Shown here piece after piece: positions 28,008 through 37,284 of a stretch of DNA of 64,000 nucleotides. Origin of the DNA: Myxococcales bacterium (GTDB lineage Bacteria; Myxococcota_A; UBA9042). Made by a program: the position numbers and the translations under genes. The stretch is from assembly GCA_037441385.1 (NCBI GenBank), contig JBBISH010000005.1:1-64000 (forward strand). The letters run 5' to 3'. Each line of letters opens with the position of its first letter. The first letter of the stretch is position 1. Under the pieces are notes generated by a model, which saw only the letters and a program-made list of their open reading frames with translations, did not search any database and was not told the DNA's origin.

Positions 28008-31000
28008 TTAGTACACCACCACCAAGCTGCCGTCCGTCGAGCCGATGACCAGGTCGGCCACGCCGTCGCCGTTGAAGTCGCCCACCGGCGCGAAGCTGAG
28101 TGGCACGAGCGCTGCGGTCGACACCACACCCCAGTTGGTCTTGGTGTTGTTGGCTGGGTCGTAGATGGCGATGTCGCTGTTGATGAACGAAACCTCGTTC
28201 GGAATGGCCGAACCGGGCCGCTGAACGCCCAGTCGCACGATTACGCGGTTGCTGCCGCCCGTATCGGCGGCCGACGACCGGCCGTGCACGAGGTCGATGA
28301 TCGGGTTGGCCGTGACCGGGCGGTCGGCAAAGTTGCCGATGGACTTGATGCCAAAATGCCAATCGCGCAGCCGGTAGCCACCGGGGACCAGGAATAGGTT
28401 GCTGGTACCGGCGATAGCCACCTCGGTGCCCATCGGCACCACCTTGCCCAGGTTGTCCTTCAGGTAGGCGCCGTGTAGCCAGTAGATGCCGCCACCGCCC
28501 TTGGCTGCCAAGCCCGAGTAGTGCTGCACCGCCAGGTCCGGAATGGCGTCGTTGTCCAGGTTGACGACCTCGGTGAACATGCCAAAGCCGCTGGTCGACA
28601 CGTTCAAGTTGCCCAGCACCTGCACCGCCGTGGAGTCCGCGCTACCCGTAGTCATCGCCTTGGACAGCCCAAGATCCTGGGCGCCCACCAGCGGACGGCC
28701 CTTGATGATCCACAGCGCTTGGTTGGCGCTGGGGGTGAACTGGCCAATCGCCAAGTCGTCGTACTGCTTGTTGCCCGCGTCGGCGAGCATGTTGCCCACG
28801 CCGAACGGGAACGCGAAGTAGGCCGCGCCCACCTGATCCACCAGGTGAATGGTGGCTACGTTGTTGGTCGCCAAGCTGGCCGGGTTGTCGATGTCGATGA
28901 GCGTGGGCGTGGTCTCGTTCCAGGCCGGGTTGCCCGGAATCACCACCACGCGATCGTAGGTCAACGTCGACTGCAGCGCCGAGATGGCGATGTCTTGGAT
29001 GGGCTTGCCGGCAGCGGTCACGTCGCCGTTGAAGTTGCCGATGGCGTTGGCGCGCACCACGCCGTCGCCAAGCGGGTTAGTGACTTTGCTGACGATGACC
29101 GCCGGGTTGGCCGCGATCGCCGCGCCCTTCTTGCCCAAGTAGACGTGGACGTAGCGCGGGTTCGACGTCCCTGCTCCCACGCCGACGATCATGTCGTCCA
29201 CCCCGTCGCCGTTGACGTCGCCGCTCTTGCCCACCGGCATGCCCAGGCCGCCCGCGTTCGTCAGGCACACGTGGCTTGGGTAGGCCGACGGGTTCGACAA
29301 GTCGATGTCAGTCAAGTTGAACTTGACACGCCCGTACACCACGCACAGCGGAGCGGTCGCGCCGCCGCCCAAGGCAAAGTCGCCCAGGCCGTCGCCGTTG
29401 AGATCGCCCACCGCGGCCACGCGCTGGCGCACGTCGGCCACGTTTTGCGCGCCGCCCAGGAGCAGGTTGGCGTAGTGCAGGCGCAACGCGTTGGTCGACA
29501 GCACGTTCGACAGCGGCGAAGCGTTGCCGGCGGCGTCCAGCGCCTCGACCGCGAAGTAGTACGCCGACGAGCCATTGTCGATCATCGGAGCAAACTTGCA
29601 CGGATCGGCCAGATCGCGCTCGTCCGGGCCCTCGACGAAGACCGCGTCCGCCTGACCCGCCGCCTTGGGGGCACCAATCGTCGAGAACAACACCTTGCTG
29701 CCATCGCAGGCCGCGTCAAAGTCGGCCTGGGTGTTGATCGGTGCCTTGCTGTAGCGCACAGCGTAGGTCTTGGCCGTGCCCACTGTGCCGTTGTCGCCCA
29801 CGGCCGTGAAGTTCAGCTTGGCCATCGGCCGGCGTGGGTTCAGGTCCGAGGTCAAGAAGTCGGCCAACGTCACCTTGGCCGGCGCAGTCCAGTCGACCAG
29901 GACGATCACGCTGGCCTTGCCGGTGTTGCCGGCGGCATCGACCACGGTCGCCGTCACGGTGTTGGTGGCGTCCTCGGTCAGCGTGGCGAACTGGATTTCA
30001 ACGCTTTGGCTGGTGCCGCTCAGGGCCACCGGCAGGGTCGGCGCCGTGGCTGCCAGCGCGCCGGTGGTGCTGCCCACGGTGTTGGTCAGCGTGGTGAGCT
30101 TGCCGCCAGCCAAGCCGCTGTCGGTCGCGCTGAGTTTGAGGTGCAGCTGGTGACCGGGGCTACCGTTGAGGTCGCGCGCTTTGCCCAGCAGGTTGACGGT
30201 GCTGCCACCGGCCGGCGTGTTGACCCCGAGTACCTGGTCGGCCACGAAGGCAACCTTGGGGTTGGTCAGGTCGGCCTTGAGGGGCAGGGCACCCGAGCTG
30301 CCGGCCACGGCGGCCGTGGCGTCCAGCGCCAACGCCTCGACCGTGGTGTTGTCGCCGTCGGCCACGGTCAGGCTGAAGGTTGCCTTGCCGTCCGCCGTGG
30401 GCGCGGCCTTGCCGACCTCGGTGCTGCCCTTCTTGAGCTGCAAATTGGCGACCGCGCCGCACGGCCCCACAAAGGCCGCGGTCACGCTGACCGTCACGCT
30501 CGCGCAGTCGCTGCCCGCGGTGGCGCAGTTCTGGGTGTTGTAGCTGCCCGAGCTGCTCAGGCCCTGCAGCGACACCAGGCAGCCGGTCAAAGCGACCTCA
30601 AAGTCGCGGTCGGCCGTGGTCACGTTGCCATTGACGTCGGTACCCGTGAGCCGCGCCTTGTAGAAGTTGCCATTGCCGAAGGGGATCGTCACCAAGACGG
30701 CCGGCTCCAAGCCGCCCGGGTTGGCGACGTTGCCGCTGGCCACCGCCTTGAAGCTGCCGCAGTTCGCAAAGTTGCTGTCGCAGCCCGTGGCCAGGTCCAG
30801 GCTCCAGGTCGCGGCGTCGGTGGTGCTGAAAGCCACCTGCACTTGGTAGCCGCCTTGGCTCGGCGCCGCATCGTCCTTGTCGCCAAACTTGGCGGCCTGC
30901 GCCGGTGCGGTAATGGCGAGCGTGGGCGGCAGCAGGTCGACCGTGACCTTGCTGGGGGTCGTGCCAAAGACGCCCGTGTTGCCGCAGACGTCGCTCAGGT

Positions 31001-34000
31001 CGGCGGTCAGGGTGTGGTCGCCTTGGCTGAGCAGCTTCCACTTGGCATCGGCGAACATGGCCTGGCCGCCGCTCATGGTCTCGTTGGCCTTGCTCACACC
31101 GCCGTCTTTGATCAAGACGCTGGCGCCGTCCACGTCGTTGGCGGTCGAGGTGACCATCACGTCGAGCGGCGAGCCGACGATGATCTTACTGCTCGAGGGC
31201 GACGCGAAACCGCCGGTCGGCTTCTGGGTGTCGACGACCAAGGGGTTCAACGTCTTGACCACGCTGGTATTGCCCACCAGATCGGTGGCGGTGGCGGCGA
31301 ACACTTGCGTGCCTTCGCCGGCCAACGTCACTGCCAGGCCGCTGGCCGTGCTGGTCGAGTTGCCCGTGGCCAGCTTGGCGCCATTGCCCACGATCACCAC
31401 GCTGGCGGCCTCCGACGTGGCCACGCTGAAGGTGAACGTGCCGCCCGGCGCCGCCGAGTCGGGCGCAGACTGGCTGGCCTCGTTCAAGCAGGCCGCCGTG
31501 GCTCCGGGTGCCGCCGGCGGATCGAACGTGGTCACGACCGGCGCCACCGTGTCGATGAGGATGGTGCGCTGCTTAGCCCAGCTCTGCAGGCTCGAAAGGC
31601 TGGAAGTGGGCGCGATCAAAGTGCCAAACGAGACCTCGGCCATGAAGGTATACAGGCCGTCGGGGATGGTGGCCGGGATGGAGTAGTTCATGACCTGGCC
31701 AGTGATGGTCAGATTGACAACCTCTTTGTAGCCCGCCGTGGCGCAGGCCGCGCCGGTGATGCCCGGCGACTTGCTGCAGATACGCAGCGTGCCGCCAATC
31801 GGTACGCCGGCAATGTTCACCGAGCCGCTGCGCGGCGCGCCCTTGTTCATGCCAGCTACGCACGTGCTCTGATAGCACAGGCCCAGCGGGCAGTTGGCGT
31901 TGCTGGTGCAGCTGGTGCCCTCGGCCACGTTGCTGGGGGTGTTCATGTCGACGCGGGCTTGCTGCGCCTTGACGGACGCCGTGATGGTCGCCGTCCCCAC
32001 ATTGCCGTTCTGGTCGGTGATGGAAAGCGACAGCTGTACCTTGTCGCCGTCGGGCAGGCTGACCAAGCCGAACGCAACGTTGGCGCCGACCGTGTCGGTC
32101 GCGTCGGACTGGGCGGTGCCGGTGAACGTCCCGGTGACCTTGCCGGTGTCGTCTTTGATGACCAGGGTGGCCGTCGCGCCCTTGTTGACGCCGAAGACCT
32201 GCATGATCACGTTGGTCAACACCGAACTATCCGTCGGGTCGCCGACGTCGTCGGCCGCGACAAAGTACAGCGCTTTCTTGGTCTTGCCGGTGGGGAAGAC
32301 CAAGTCGTCGAACACGGGCGCCACGCGGTCGACCACCACGCTCACGGCGCTGCTCGTCGCGACCTGGCCGGCGCTGTCGGTCACGGAGGCCACCAGGGTG
32401 CACGTGCTCTGGTCGGCCAGCGTGATTGCCTGGAACGTAAAGGTATTGCCGCTGCTCTTGCCGGTGTACGACTGCGGAGCCGCCGTGCCGCAAGCCACGT
32501 CGAGCTTGATGGGGCTGCCGTCTTCCACGTCGGTCACGCTGACGGTGGCCGTGGTGGCGCAATCCTGCGCACCGGCCAAGCACTCGCCGGACTTCAAGTT
32601 GAAGGTCGCTCCAGCCGCGGGCGCCGTGATCGCAATGGCCGGCTTGGCCGCCTTGTAGGTCACGGTGATCACGATGCTGTAACCGGTCGCGTCGGGCTGA
32701 GCACCCGGCGCCGCTGCGCTCATCTGCACGGTCGTGCTCGGCTTGGCCGACAGACCCGCCACGACGAACGTGTACGTGCCCGCACTCGTTTCGCTCACAT
32801 CCACCGCAGCCGCCACGCCGTCCACCAGAACTTGCACCGTCGCGCTGGTCACAGGCGCACCGCCCACTTGCGTCACTTCGGCGGTGAAGCTCAGGCTGTC
32901 TTGGGTGGTGGTCACGTTGCCCTTGGGCGAAACCAGCTTGACGATCGGGGCCTGCGAGACCAGCGTGACCACCAACGGGGCGGCGATCGTGGGATTGCCG
33001 ACGCTGTCCGTGGCGGTGGCGTTGACCACGTTGACGCCCGGATCCAGCGTCACGGCGGCAAAGGTGACGGAAGTGTCGCTGGCCGCCGTGTTCTTGCACA
33101 GCTTTTCGCCGGTCGACGACGCGATGCACACCTGGGCGGCGTCGGCGATCGACAGGGTCACGTCGGTCTGATAGCCGGGGATCTGCGGGCTGACGTCAAA
33201 ATCCTCAAAGGTGGTCAGTGTCGCCTTGTTGGGCAGCGAGAACGCAATCGCCGGGCCGGTCGTGTCGATGTGGACAACGCGGCTGACATCGCCGCACAGG
33301 CCCACCGCCGCGCTGTCCGAGGCCTTGTTGCCAAAGTCGTCGACCGCCTCGAACGAAATCACGTAGGTACCGTCGGCCAAGTTGCCCGCGGCGGCCAGCT
33401 TGAGCGTGCCGGTCAGGCCAATGGCCGACAGGGTGCCCAGGGTCTGCGGGTCGCTTGCCACCCCTTGATCCGAGACGATGGTCGCAATGGCCGCAGCCCC
33501 CTTGAGGTTTTGGGTGGCCAGCGTGATCGGCAGTTCGTGCGTGGTCACGGTCAACTCGGCCGCTGGCGAGACGAAGTTCAGGCAGGGCGCTGGGACCGCA
33601 ACGGTGGCCGTAATTTCTTCCGAAAGCGCAGCGTTAGGCGCTGCGAAGTCGCCGTAGCCGTCGGTGACGCGGCAGGTGATGGCGGTACCGACAAGGATGG
33701 TGTCGATGGCGACGGGGATGGTCAGCGTGCCGTCGCCGGTCACGGTCGCTTTGCCGATCGGCTGGTCCGGCCAGTTGATGCCTACGCCCGATTTGCGGCA
33801 GAACACGGCCACTTCCGAGTCGACCGTGCCCTGCTTGACGTCGACGGCGAACTTGGTCTCGTAGGTGCCGTTCGTGCCAAAGTTCTGGTCGTCTTTGGCC
33901 AGCAGCACGGCGCCCGCCGTTGGCGAGTTGATGGCCAAGGTGGCCTGGTCGACAAACGCTTGCACCGGCCAAGACGCCGACGTGCTCAGCCCGCAGGCGT

Positions 34001-35174
34001 TGGTTGCCTTGACGGCGACGTTGTAGGTCTTGCTGGTGGTGAGCGACAGGGTCAGGGGGAAGGTGCCGTCCGCGCCGATCGTGGCCGTGCTGGCGGTTCC
34101 GCCGTCGAGCTTGTACTCCACACTGGCACCGATCCCCAAGGTGCTGGCTGTGCCGGTCGAAACCACTTGAATGCCAGGCGTTTGCGGGTCGGAGTCGTTG
34201 CCCAGGGTCACGGCCTTGGGCAGCTGCACGGCCAGCGACGGCGCCTCGGTCGACAGCGTGACCGCCAGGGGAGCGGACGGCTGCGAGCCGCGCTCGGGGT
34301 GCTGGCTGTCGACGACCACGGCCACGATGTTCAGCTTGACGCCGTCCAGTCCGCCGCTCTGGCTCGAGAGGGTCGCGGTGATCGGGGTCGAGCTGGCGCC
34401 GCCGAGCGACACTTTCTCGGTGGTGACCGACTTGCCTTCTGCATCGGTGAACTGCAAGAACGCGTCAGTGCAGCCGGTCGACGTGGTGGTGACGGTAAAG
34501 GTGTACTGGAAGCCGGCGTCGCTGTTGCCGTCCGTGGTGATGCAGGGCGTGTCGATCGCCGCAATGGTCGCCTGGCACGCGGCACCACAATCCAGCACCA
34601 GCGACTTGGTTTTTTCGCCGCTTTGGGTGTTGGCCGTCACGGTGGCGGTCAGGTTCACCCCGGTTTGTCCGCAAGCGATGGTGACGCCCTTGAAGTCGGC
34701 CTTGCCACCCTGCAAGACCACCGGGCCCAAGCTGGAGTTGCCCACCTTCAAGGTGACTTGCGAGCCATCCGCCGCCTGCGCCGCGGTGACCACGACGTTG
34801 ACTTGCACACCAACCGTTGCCGGATCCAAATCTGCGTCCGCGCTGATCTTGGCGCTGGTGGCCACGTCTTCCAGGGCGTTGCCCACCGCGGTCTCTACGT
34901 ACAGGTTCACCACTGGCACGGGCGGCGGGACGTCGGCCGTGTCGCCGGTCCCGATGTCCTCGGCATCGGCCAGGGTGGTGTCCGTGTCCGTCACGGCATC
35001 CGGGCACGGCCCAAAGATGTCATTGCCGCACTTGGGGCCCACCACGGGGATGTCTGCGTCGCAACTACTCAGGGCGAGCAGCGACAAGGCGAGTGCGAGC
35101 AGGCCGGGCCAGCGACTAGCGAACAGGGGCTGGCGGCGGACCGGGGTCTGGTTGGCGGTGGAGGGGCGGTTCAT
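28008..35174 (-). CDS. Giant surface lipoprotein with tandem Ig-like repeats, FN3-like domain and C-terminal FG-GAP beta-propeller
   Basis: AGGAG RBS before ATG 35174; lipobox LSSC; repeated DxxGN and (V/I)DxxxP Ig junctions; GDLNGDGLGD, GDVNGDGVDD, GDFNGDGVAD repeats. Confidence 0.85.
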   Translation of the reverse strand: MNRPSTANQTPVRRQPLFASRWPGLLALALSLLALSSCDADIPVVGPKCGNDIFGPCPDAVTDTDTTLADAEDIGTGDTADVPPPVPVVNLYVETAVGNALEDVATSAKISADADLDPATVGVQVNVVVTAAQAADGSQVTLKVGNSSLGPVVLQGGKADFKGVTIACGQTGVNLTATVTANTQSGEKTKSLVLDCGAACQATIAAIDTPCITTDGNSDAGFQYTFTVTTTSTGCTDAFLQFTDAEGKSVTTEKVSLGGASSTPITATLSSQSGGLDGVKLNIVAVVVDSQHPERGSQPSAPLAVTLSTEAPSLAVQLPKAVTLGNDSDPQTPGIQVVSTGTASTLGIGASVEYKLDGGTASTATIGADGTFPLTLSLTTSKTYNVAVKATNACGLSTSASWPVQAFVDQATLAINSPTAGAVLLAKDDQNFGTNGTYETKFAVDVKQGTVDSEVAVFCRKSGVGINWPDQPIGKATVTGDGTLTIPVAIDTILVGTAITCRVTDGYGDFAAPNAALSEEITATVAVPAPCLNFVSPAAELTVTTHELPITLATQNLKGAAAIATIVSDQGVASDPQTLGTLSAIGLTGTLKLAAAGNLADGTYVISFEAVDDFGNKASDSAAVGLCGDVSRVVHIDTTGPAIAFSLPNKATLTTFEDFDVSPQIPGYQTDVTLSIADAAQVCIASSTGEKLCKNTAASDTSVTFAAVTLDPGVNVVNATATDSVGNPTIAAPLVVTLVSQAPIVKLVSPKGNVTTTQDSLSFTAEVTQVGGAPVTSATVQVLVDGVAAAVDVSETSAGTYTFVVAGLSAKPSTTVQMSAAAPGAQPDATGYSIVITVTYKAAKPAIAITAPAAGATFNLKSGECLAGAQDCATTATVSVTDVEDGSPIKLDVACGTAAPQSYTGKSSGNTFTFQAITLADQSTCTLVASVTDSAGQVATSSAVSVVVDRVAPVFDDLVFPTGKTKKALYFVAADDVGDPTDSSVLTNVIMQVFGVNKGATATLVIKDDTGKVTGTFTGTAQSDATDTVGANVAFGLVSLPDGDKVQLSLSITDQNGNVGTATITASVKAQQARVDMNTPSNVAEGTSCTSNANCPLGLCYQSTCVAGMNKGAPRSGSVNIAGVPIGGTLRICSKSPGITGAACATAGYKEVVNLTITGQVMNYSIPATIPDGLYTFMAEVSFGTLIAPTSSLSSLQSWAKQRTILIDTVAPVVTTFDPPAAPGATAACLNEASQSAPDSAAPGGTFTFSVATSEAASVVIVGNGAKLATGNSTSTASGLAVTLAGEGTQVFAATATDLVGNTSVVKTLNPLVVDTQKPTGGFASPSSSKIIVGSPLDVMVTSTANDVDGASVLIKDGGVSKANETMSGGQAMFADAKWKLLSQGDHTLTADLSDVCGNTGVFGTTPSKVTVDLLPPTLAITAPAQAAKFGDKDDAAPSQGGYQVQVAFSTTDAATWSLDLATGCDSNFANCGSFKAVASGNVANPGGLEPAVLVTIPFGNGNFYKARLTGTDVNGNVTTADRDFEVALTGCLVSLQGLSSSGSYNTQNCATAGSDCASVTVSVTAAFVGPCGAVANLQLKKGSTEVGKAAPTADGKATFSLTVADGDNTTVEALALDATAAVAGSSGALPLKADLTNPKVAFVADQVLGVNTPAGGSTVNLLGKARDLNGSPGHQLHLKLSATDSGLAGGKLTTLTNTVGSTTGALAATAPTLPVALSGTSQSVEIQFATLTEDATNTVTATVVDAAGNTGKASVIVLVDWTAPAKVTLADFLTSDLNPRRPMAKLNFTAVGDNGTVGTAKTYAVRYSKAPINTQADFDAACDGSKVLFSTIGAPKAAGQADAVFVEGPDERDLADPCKFAPMIDNGSSAYYFAVEALDAAGNASPLSNVLSTNALRLHYANLLLGGAQNVADVRQRVAAVGDLNGDGLGDFALGGGATAPLCVVYGRVKFNLTDIDLSNPSAYPSHVCLTNAGGLGMPVGKSGDVNGDGVDDMIVGVGAGTSNPRYVHVYLGKKGAAIAANPAVIVSKVTNPLGDGVVRANAIGNFNGDVTAAGKPIQDIAISALQSTLTYDRVVVIPGNPAWNETTPTLIDIDNPASLATNNVATIHLVDQVGAAYFAFPFGVGNMLADAGNKQYDDLAIGQFTPSANQALWIIKGRPLVGAQDLGLSKAMTTGSADSTAVQVLGNLNVSTSGFGMFTEVVNLDNDAIPDLAVQHYSGLAAKGGGGIYWLHGAYLKDNLGKVVPMGTEVAIAGTSNLFLVPGGYRLRDWHFGIKSIGNFADRPVTANPIIDLVHGRSSAADTGGSNRVIVRLGVQRPGSAIPNEVSFINSDIAIYDPANNTKTNWGVVSTAALVPLSFAPVGDFNGDGVADLVIGSTDGSLVVVY

Positions 35175-35263
35175 TTCACTCCTGCTGGTCGCGGCCTGGC
35201 GAGTCACTTTGCGTGTGCGGCTCCAGGCCATCGTTCGTCGGCGGACGGGTGCCGCCGGCTGGC

Positions 35264-35695
35264 TCAATTCTTGTGCCGGGTAGCCGTGTTGGCTTCTCCG
35301 GCGGGACCCATGGGTGCTCCACGTGCGGTTGCGCCAAGCGACACTTGCGGCGGCGTGCTCGCCAAGGTAGTCGGCTTTGCGGAACTAGACAGGGGGACGG
35401 CCGCGATTGGCTCACATTCCACGGCAATTCGCCGCTCGACCAGCTCGTTCACGAACCGGTCCAAGTCACTGGCGGCCTGTTCCCACTCGACCTCAAAGTC
35501 TTCGACCAATTGCGCGATCAGGGTGTCGCGACGTGCCGGGCCGGCCATGAGGCTGCGAAAAATCGCGACGGCCGTGGGCACCTCTAGGCGGTGCAGGCCG
35601 CGATCGTCGGTGACTACGAAGATCTCGCCGGCAACCTCGCGTGCCGCAGCAGCGGGGTGCATGGTGTAGGCGGTGTTCGCTGGCAGTAGGGGCAT
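35264..35695 (-). CDS. PqqD-family RiPP recognition element (RRE) protein
   Basis: REVAGEIFVV...TAVAIF...LIAQLVEDFEVEWEQAASDLDRFVNELVERRI. Confidence 0.85.
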   Translation of the reverse strand: MPLLPANTAYTMHPAAAAREVAGEIFVVTDDRGLHRLEVPTAVAIFRSLMAGPARRDTLIAQLVEDFEVEWEQAASDLDRFVNELVERRIAVECEPIAAVPLSSSAKPTTLASTPPQVSLGATARGAPMGPAGEANTATRHKN

Positions 35696-35788
35696 CGGGT
35701 CGTTGGCTCACAGGGCGGCGTGAAAGGGCCGGCTGGTCTCTTGGTTGCCGCCGGTTTGCGCAAAGTTGCTTTGCGTTCCCAATTCCAT

Positions 35789-35804
35789 CGCGAAGAACGT
35801 GCCG
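35789..35804 (-). promoter_or_regulatory. Possible sigma54 (-24/-12) promoter for the RiPP-like operon
   Basis: Minus strand CGGCACGTTCTTCGCG = GG-N10-GC, ~95 bp upstream of the PqqD gene. Confidence 0.3.
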
Positions 35805-36134
35805 GCTCCGGCTTCAGGTACGTACTTGGCGCGATGGGCGAAAATTCCTTGTCGAATCACTGAGCTCGCTGTCCCGGACCGCTGAGCAACAACCCCAGAT
35901 TGTGCCGAATCTCCTCGTTTGACGCAAGGTGCCTGCACCCGTGCGGGGGGACAGCGCGCGCACCAGCGGCAACAAGTGCGTGCAAATGCTTGGTTCGTTC
36001 AACATACCCAAGCGGCACCCTGCCTCCGTGAAAATCCTTCTGGCGAACGACGAGACCGTGCCTGCGGCCGTGCGCGGGGCTCGCAGGAGGCGGGATTCCC
36101 AGAGTGCGCGGCGCGCCCCCTTGGCATTCCTTGC

Positions 36135-37043
36135 CTAGATGCTCGTGTCCGGCTCGACAAACGACCAGCGGACGTCGGGGTAGCGGTCGTGTAGCCGCTG
36201 CTCAAATGCATTGATCGTCGCGACTACCGCCGCGGTGTCCAGCCCGTCGGCCAGCCGCAGCTTGCAGGCCACCAAGACTTCGCTGGGACCCTTCTGCACC
36301 GTGATCGACTTCAACACCTCTAGAATCCTTGGATCTTCTGCGGCCGCCGCGGCGATCGCCTGGTCCACGGCCGGATCGGCGCGCTCGCCAACCAGAAGGC
36401 TTTTGATTTCAACCGCTAGCATCGCTGCCACCGCCATCAAGATGGCGCCGATCGCCAGGGAACCCACGGCATCCCAAACCGAGCTACCGGTTAGTGACGA
36501 CACCGTGAGAGCCACCGCCGCCACCACCAATCCCAGCACCGCCGCGCTATTTTCACCAAAGACCACAATCAGATCCGAGTCCTTGGTCGCCTTGAGGTAG
36601 GGCCAGAACGGCACGGCGCCGCGGCGGCGATGCAGCTCGGCCACGTTGCCGTACAAGGACCAGCCCTCCAGTGCCAGCGACCCCATCAGGATCGCCATGG
36701 CCAGACGGATGTCGCCCACCGGCTCCGGCTCGCGGAGTTTGTGCAGTCCCTCATAGATCGAGAACAGACCGCCTCCGGAAAACAGCAGCAGCGCCACCAG
36801 GAAGGACCAGAAGTACAGGGCCGCGCCATAGCCAAGCGGGTGGGCGGCATCGGCGGGGCGATGGGCGCGGCGGACACCCAGCAGCAACAGCAATTGGTTG
36901 CCGGAGTCGGCGAACGAGTGCAGCGTCTCGGCCAGCATCGAGCCAGAGCCAGAAACCACAGCCGCGATCAGCTTACCCACCGAAATAATGAGATTTACCG
37001 CCAGGGATTGCAGGATGTGCCGGGTGTCGTGTTGATCTGCCAT
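36135..37043 (-). CDS. Cation diffusion facilitator family transporter
   Basis: SGSGSMLAETLHSFADSGNQ, HPLGYG..YFW, GENSAA, WDAVGSLAIG, EIKSLLVGE, FVEPD. Confidence 0.9.
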   Translation of the reverse strand: MADQHDTRHILQSLAVNLIISVGKLIAAVVSGSGSMLAETLHSFADSGNQLLLLLGVRRAHRPADAAHPLGYGAALYFWSFLVALLLFSGGGLFSIYEGLHKLREPEPVGDIRLAMAILMGSLALEGWSLYGNVAELHRRRGAVPFWPYLKATKDSDLIVVFGENSAAVLGLVVAAVALTVSSLTGSSVWDAVGSLAIGAILMAVAAMLAVEIKSLLVGERADPAVDQAIAAAAAEDPRILEVLKSITVQKGPSEVLVACKLRLADGLDTAAVVATINAFEQRLHDRYPDVRWSFVEPDTSI

Positions 37044-37284
37044 GCCCGCAGTTTCGACGATCGCCCGGTGGCAGGCAACCTGACGGGGTCGCGCAGGCGA
37101 TGGCCGAAGCACGGCGACAAAGGACGACGCGGAAATCACACCTGAATCTGACGCAAGATCGGCAACTGGGGCATGGCAACCCCAGCCGGTGCGGCCGCCG
37201 AACAAGTGCGGTTGACAGTCGCAGCCCGCTGGCGCACTTTGAATGCGAATGTGGCCACTTCGCGCCCGGCCGCAGGAGGACGTC

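Noticed and set aside
28521..35669. 2382-aa plus-strand ORF (and similar long antisense ORFs at 1047-4277, 21783-24398, 47668-50349)
   Set aside because: Shadow ORFs antisense to well-supported genes; expected from high-GC codon bias; no recognisable motifs.
25271..35695. Interpretation as a lasso peptide or PQQ biosynthesis cluster
   Set aside because: No asparagine-synthetase-like cyclase or transglutaminase-like B2 protease; no pqqB/C and no ExxxY core.
35720..35800. GGGAACGCAAAGC on the minus strand, resembling part of a c-di-GMP-I riboswitch
   Set aside because: The upstream GGCAAAC/GAAA tetraloop stem is missing; an Rfam search would be needed.
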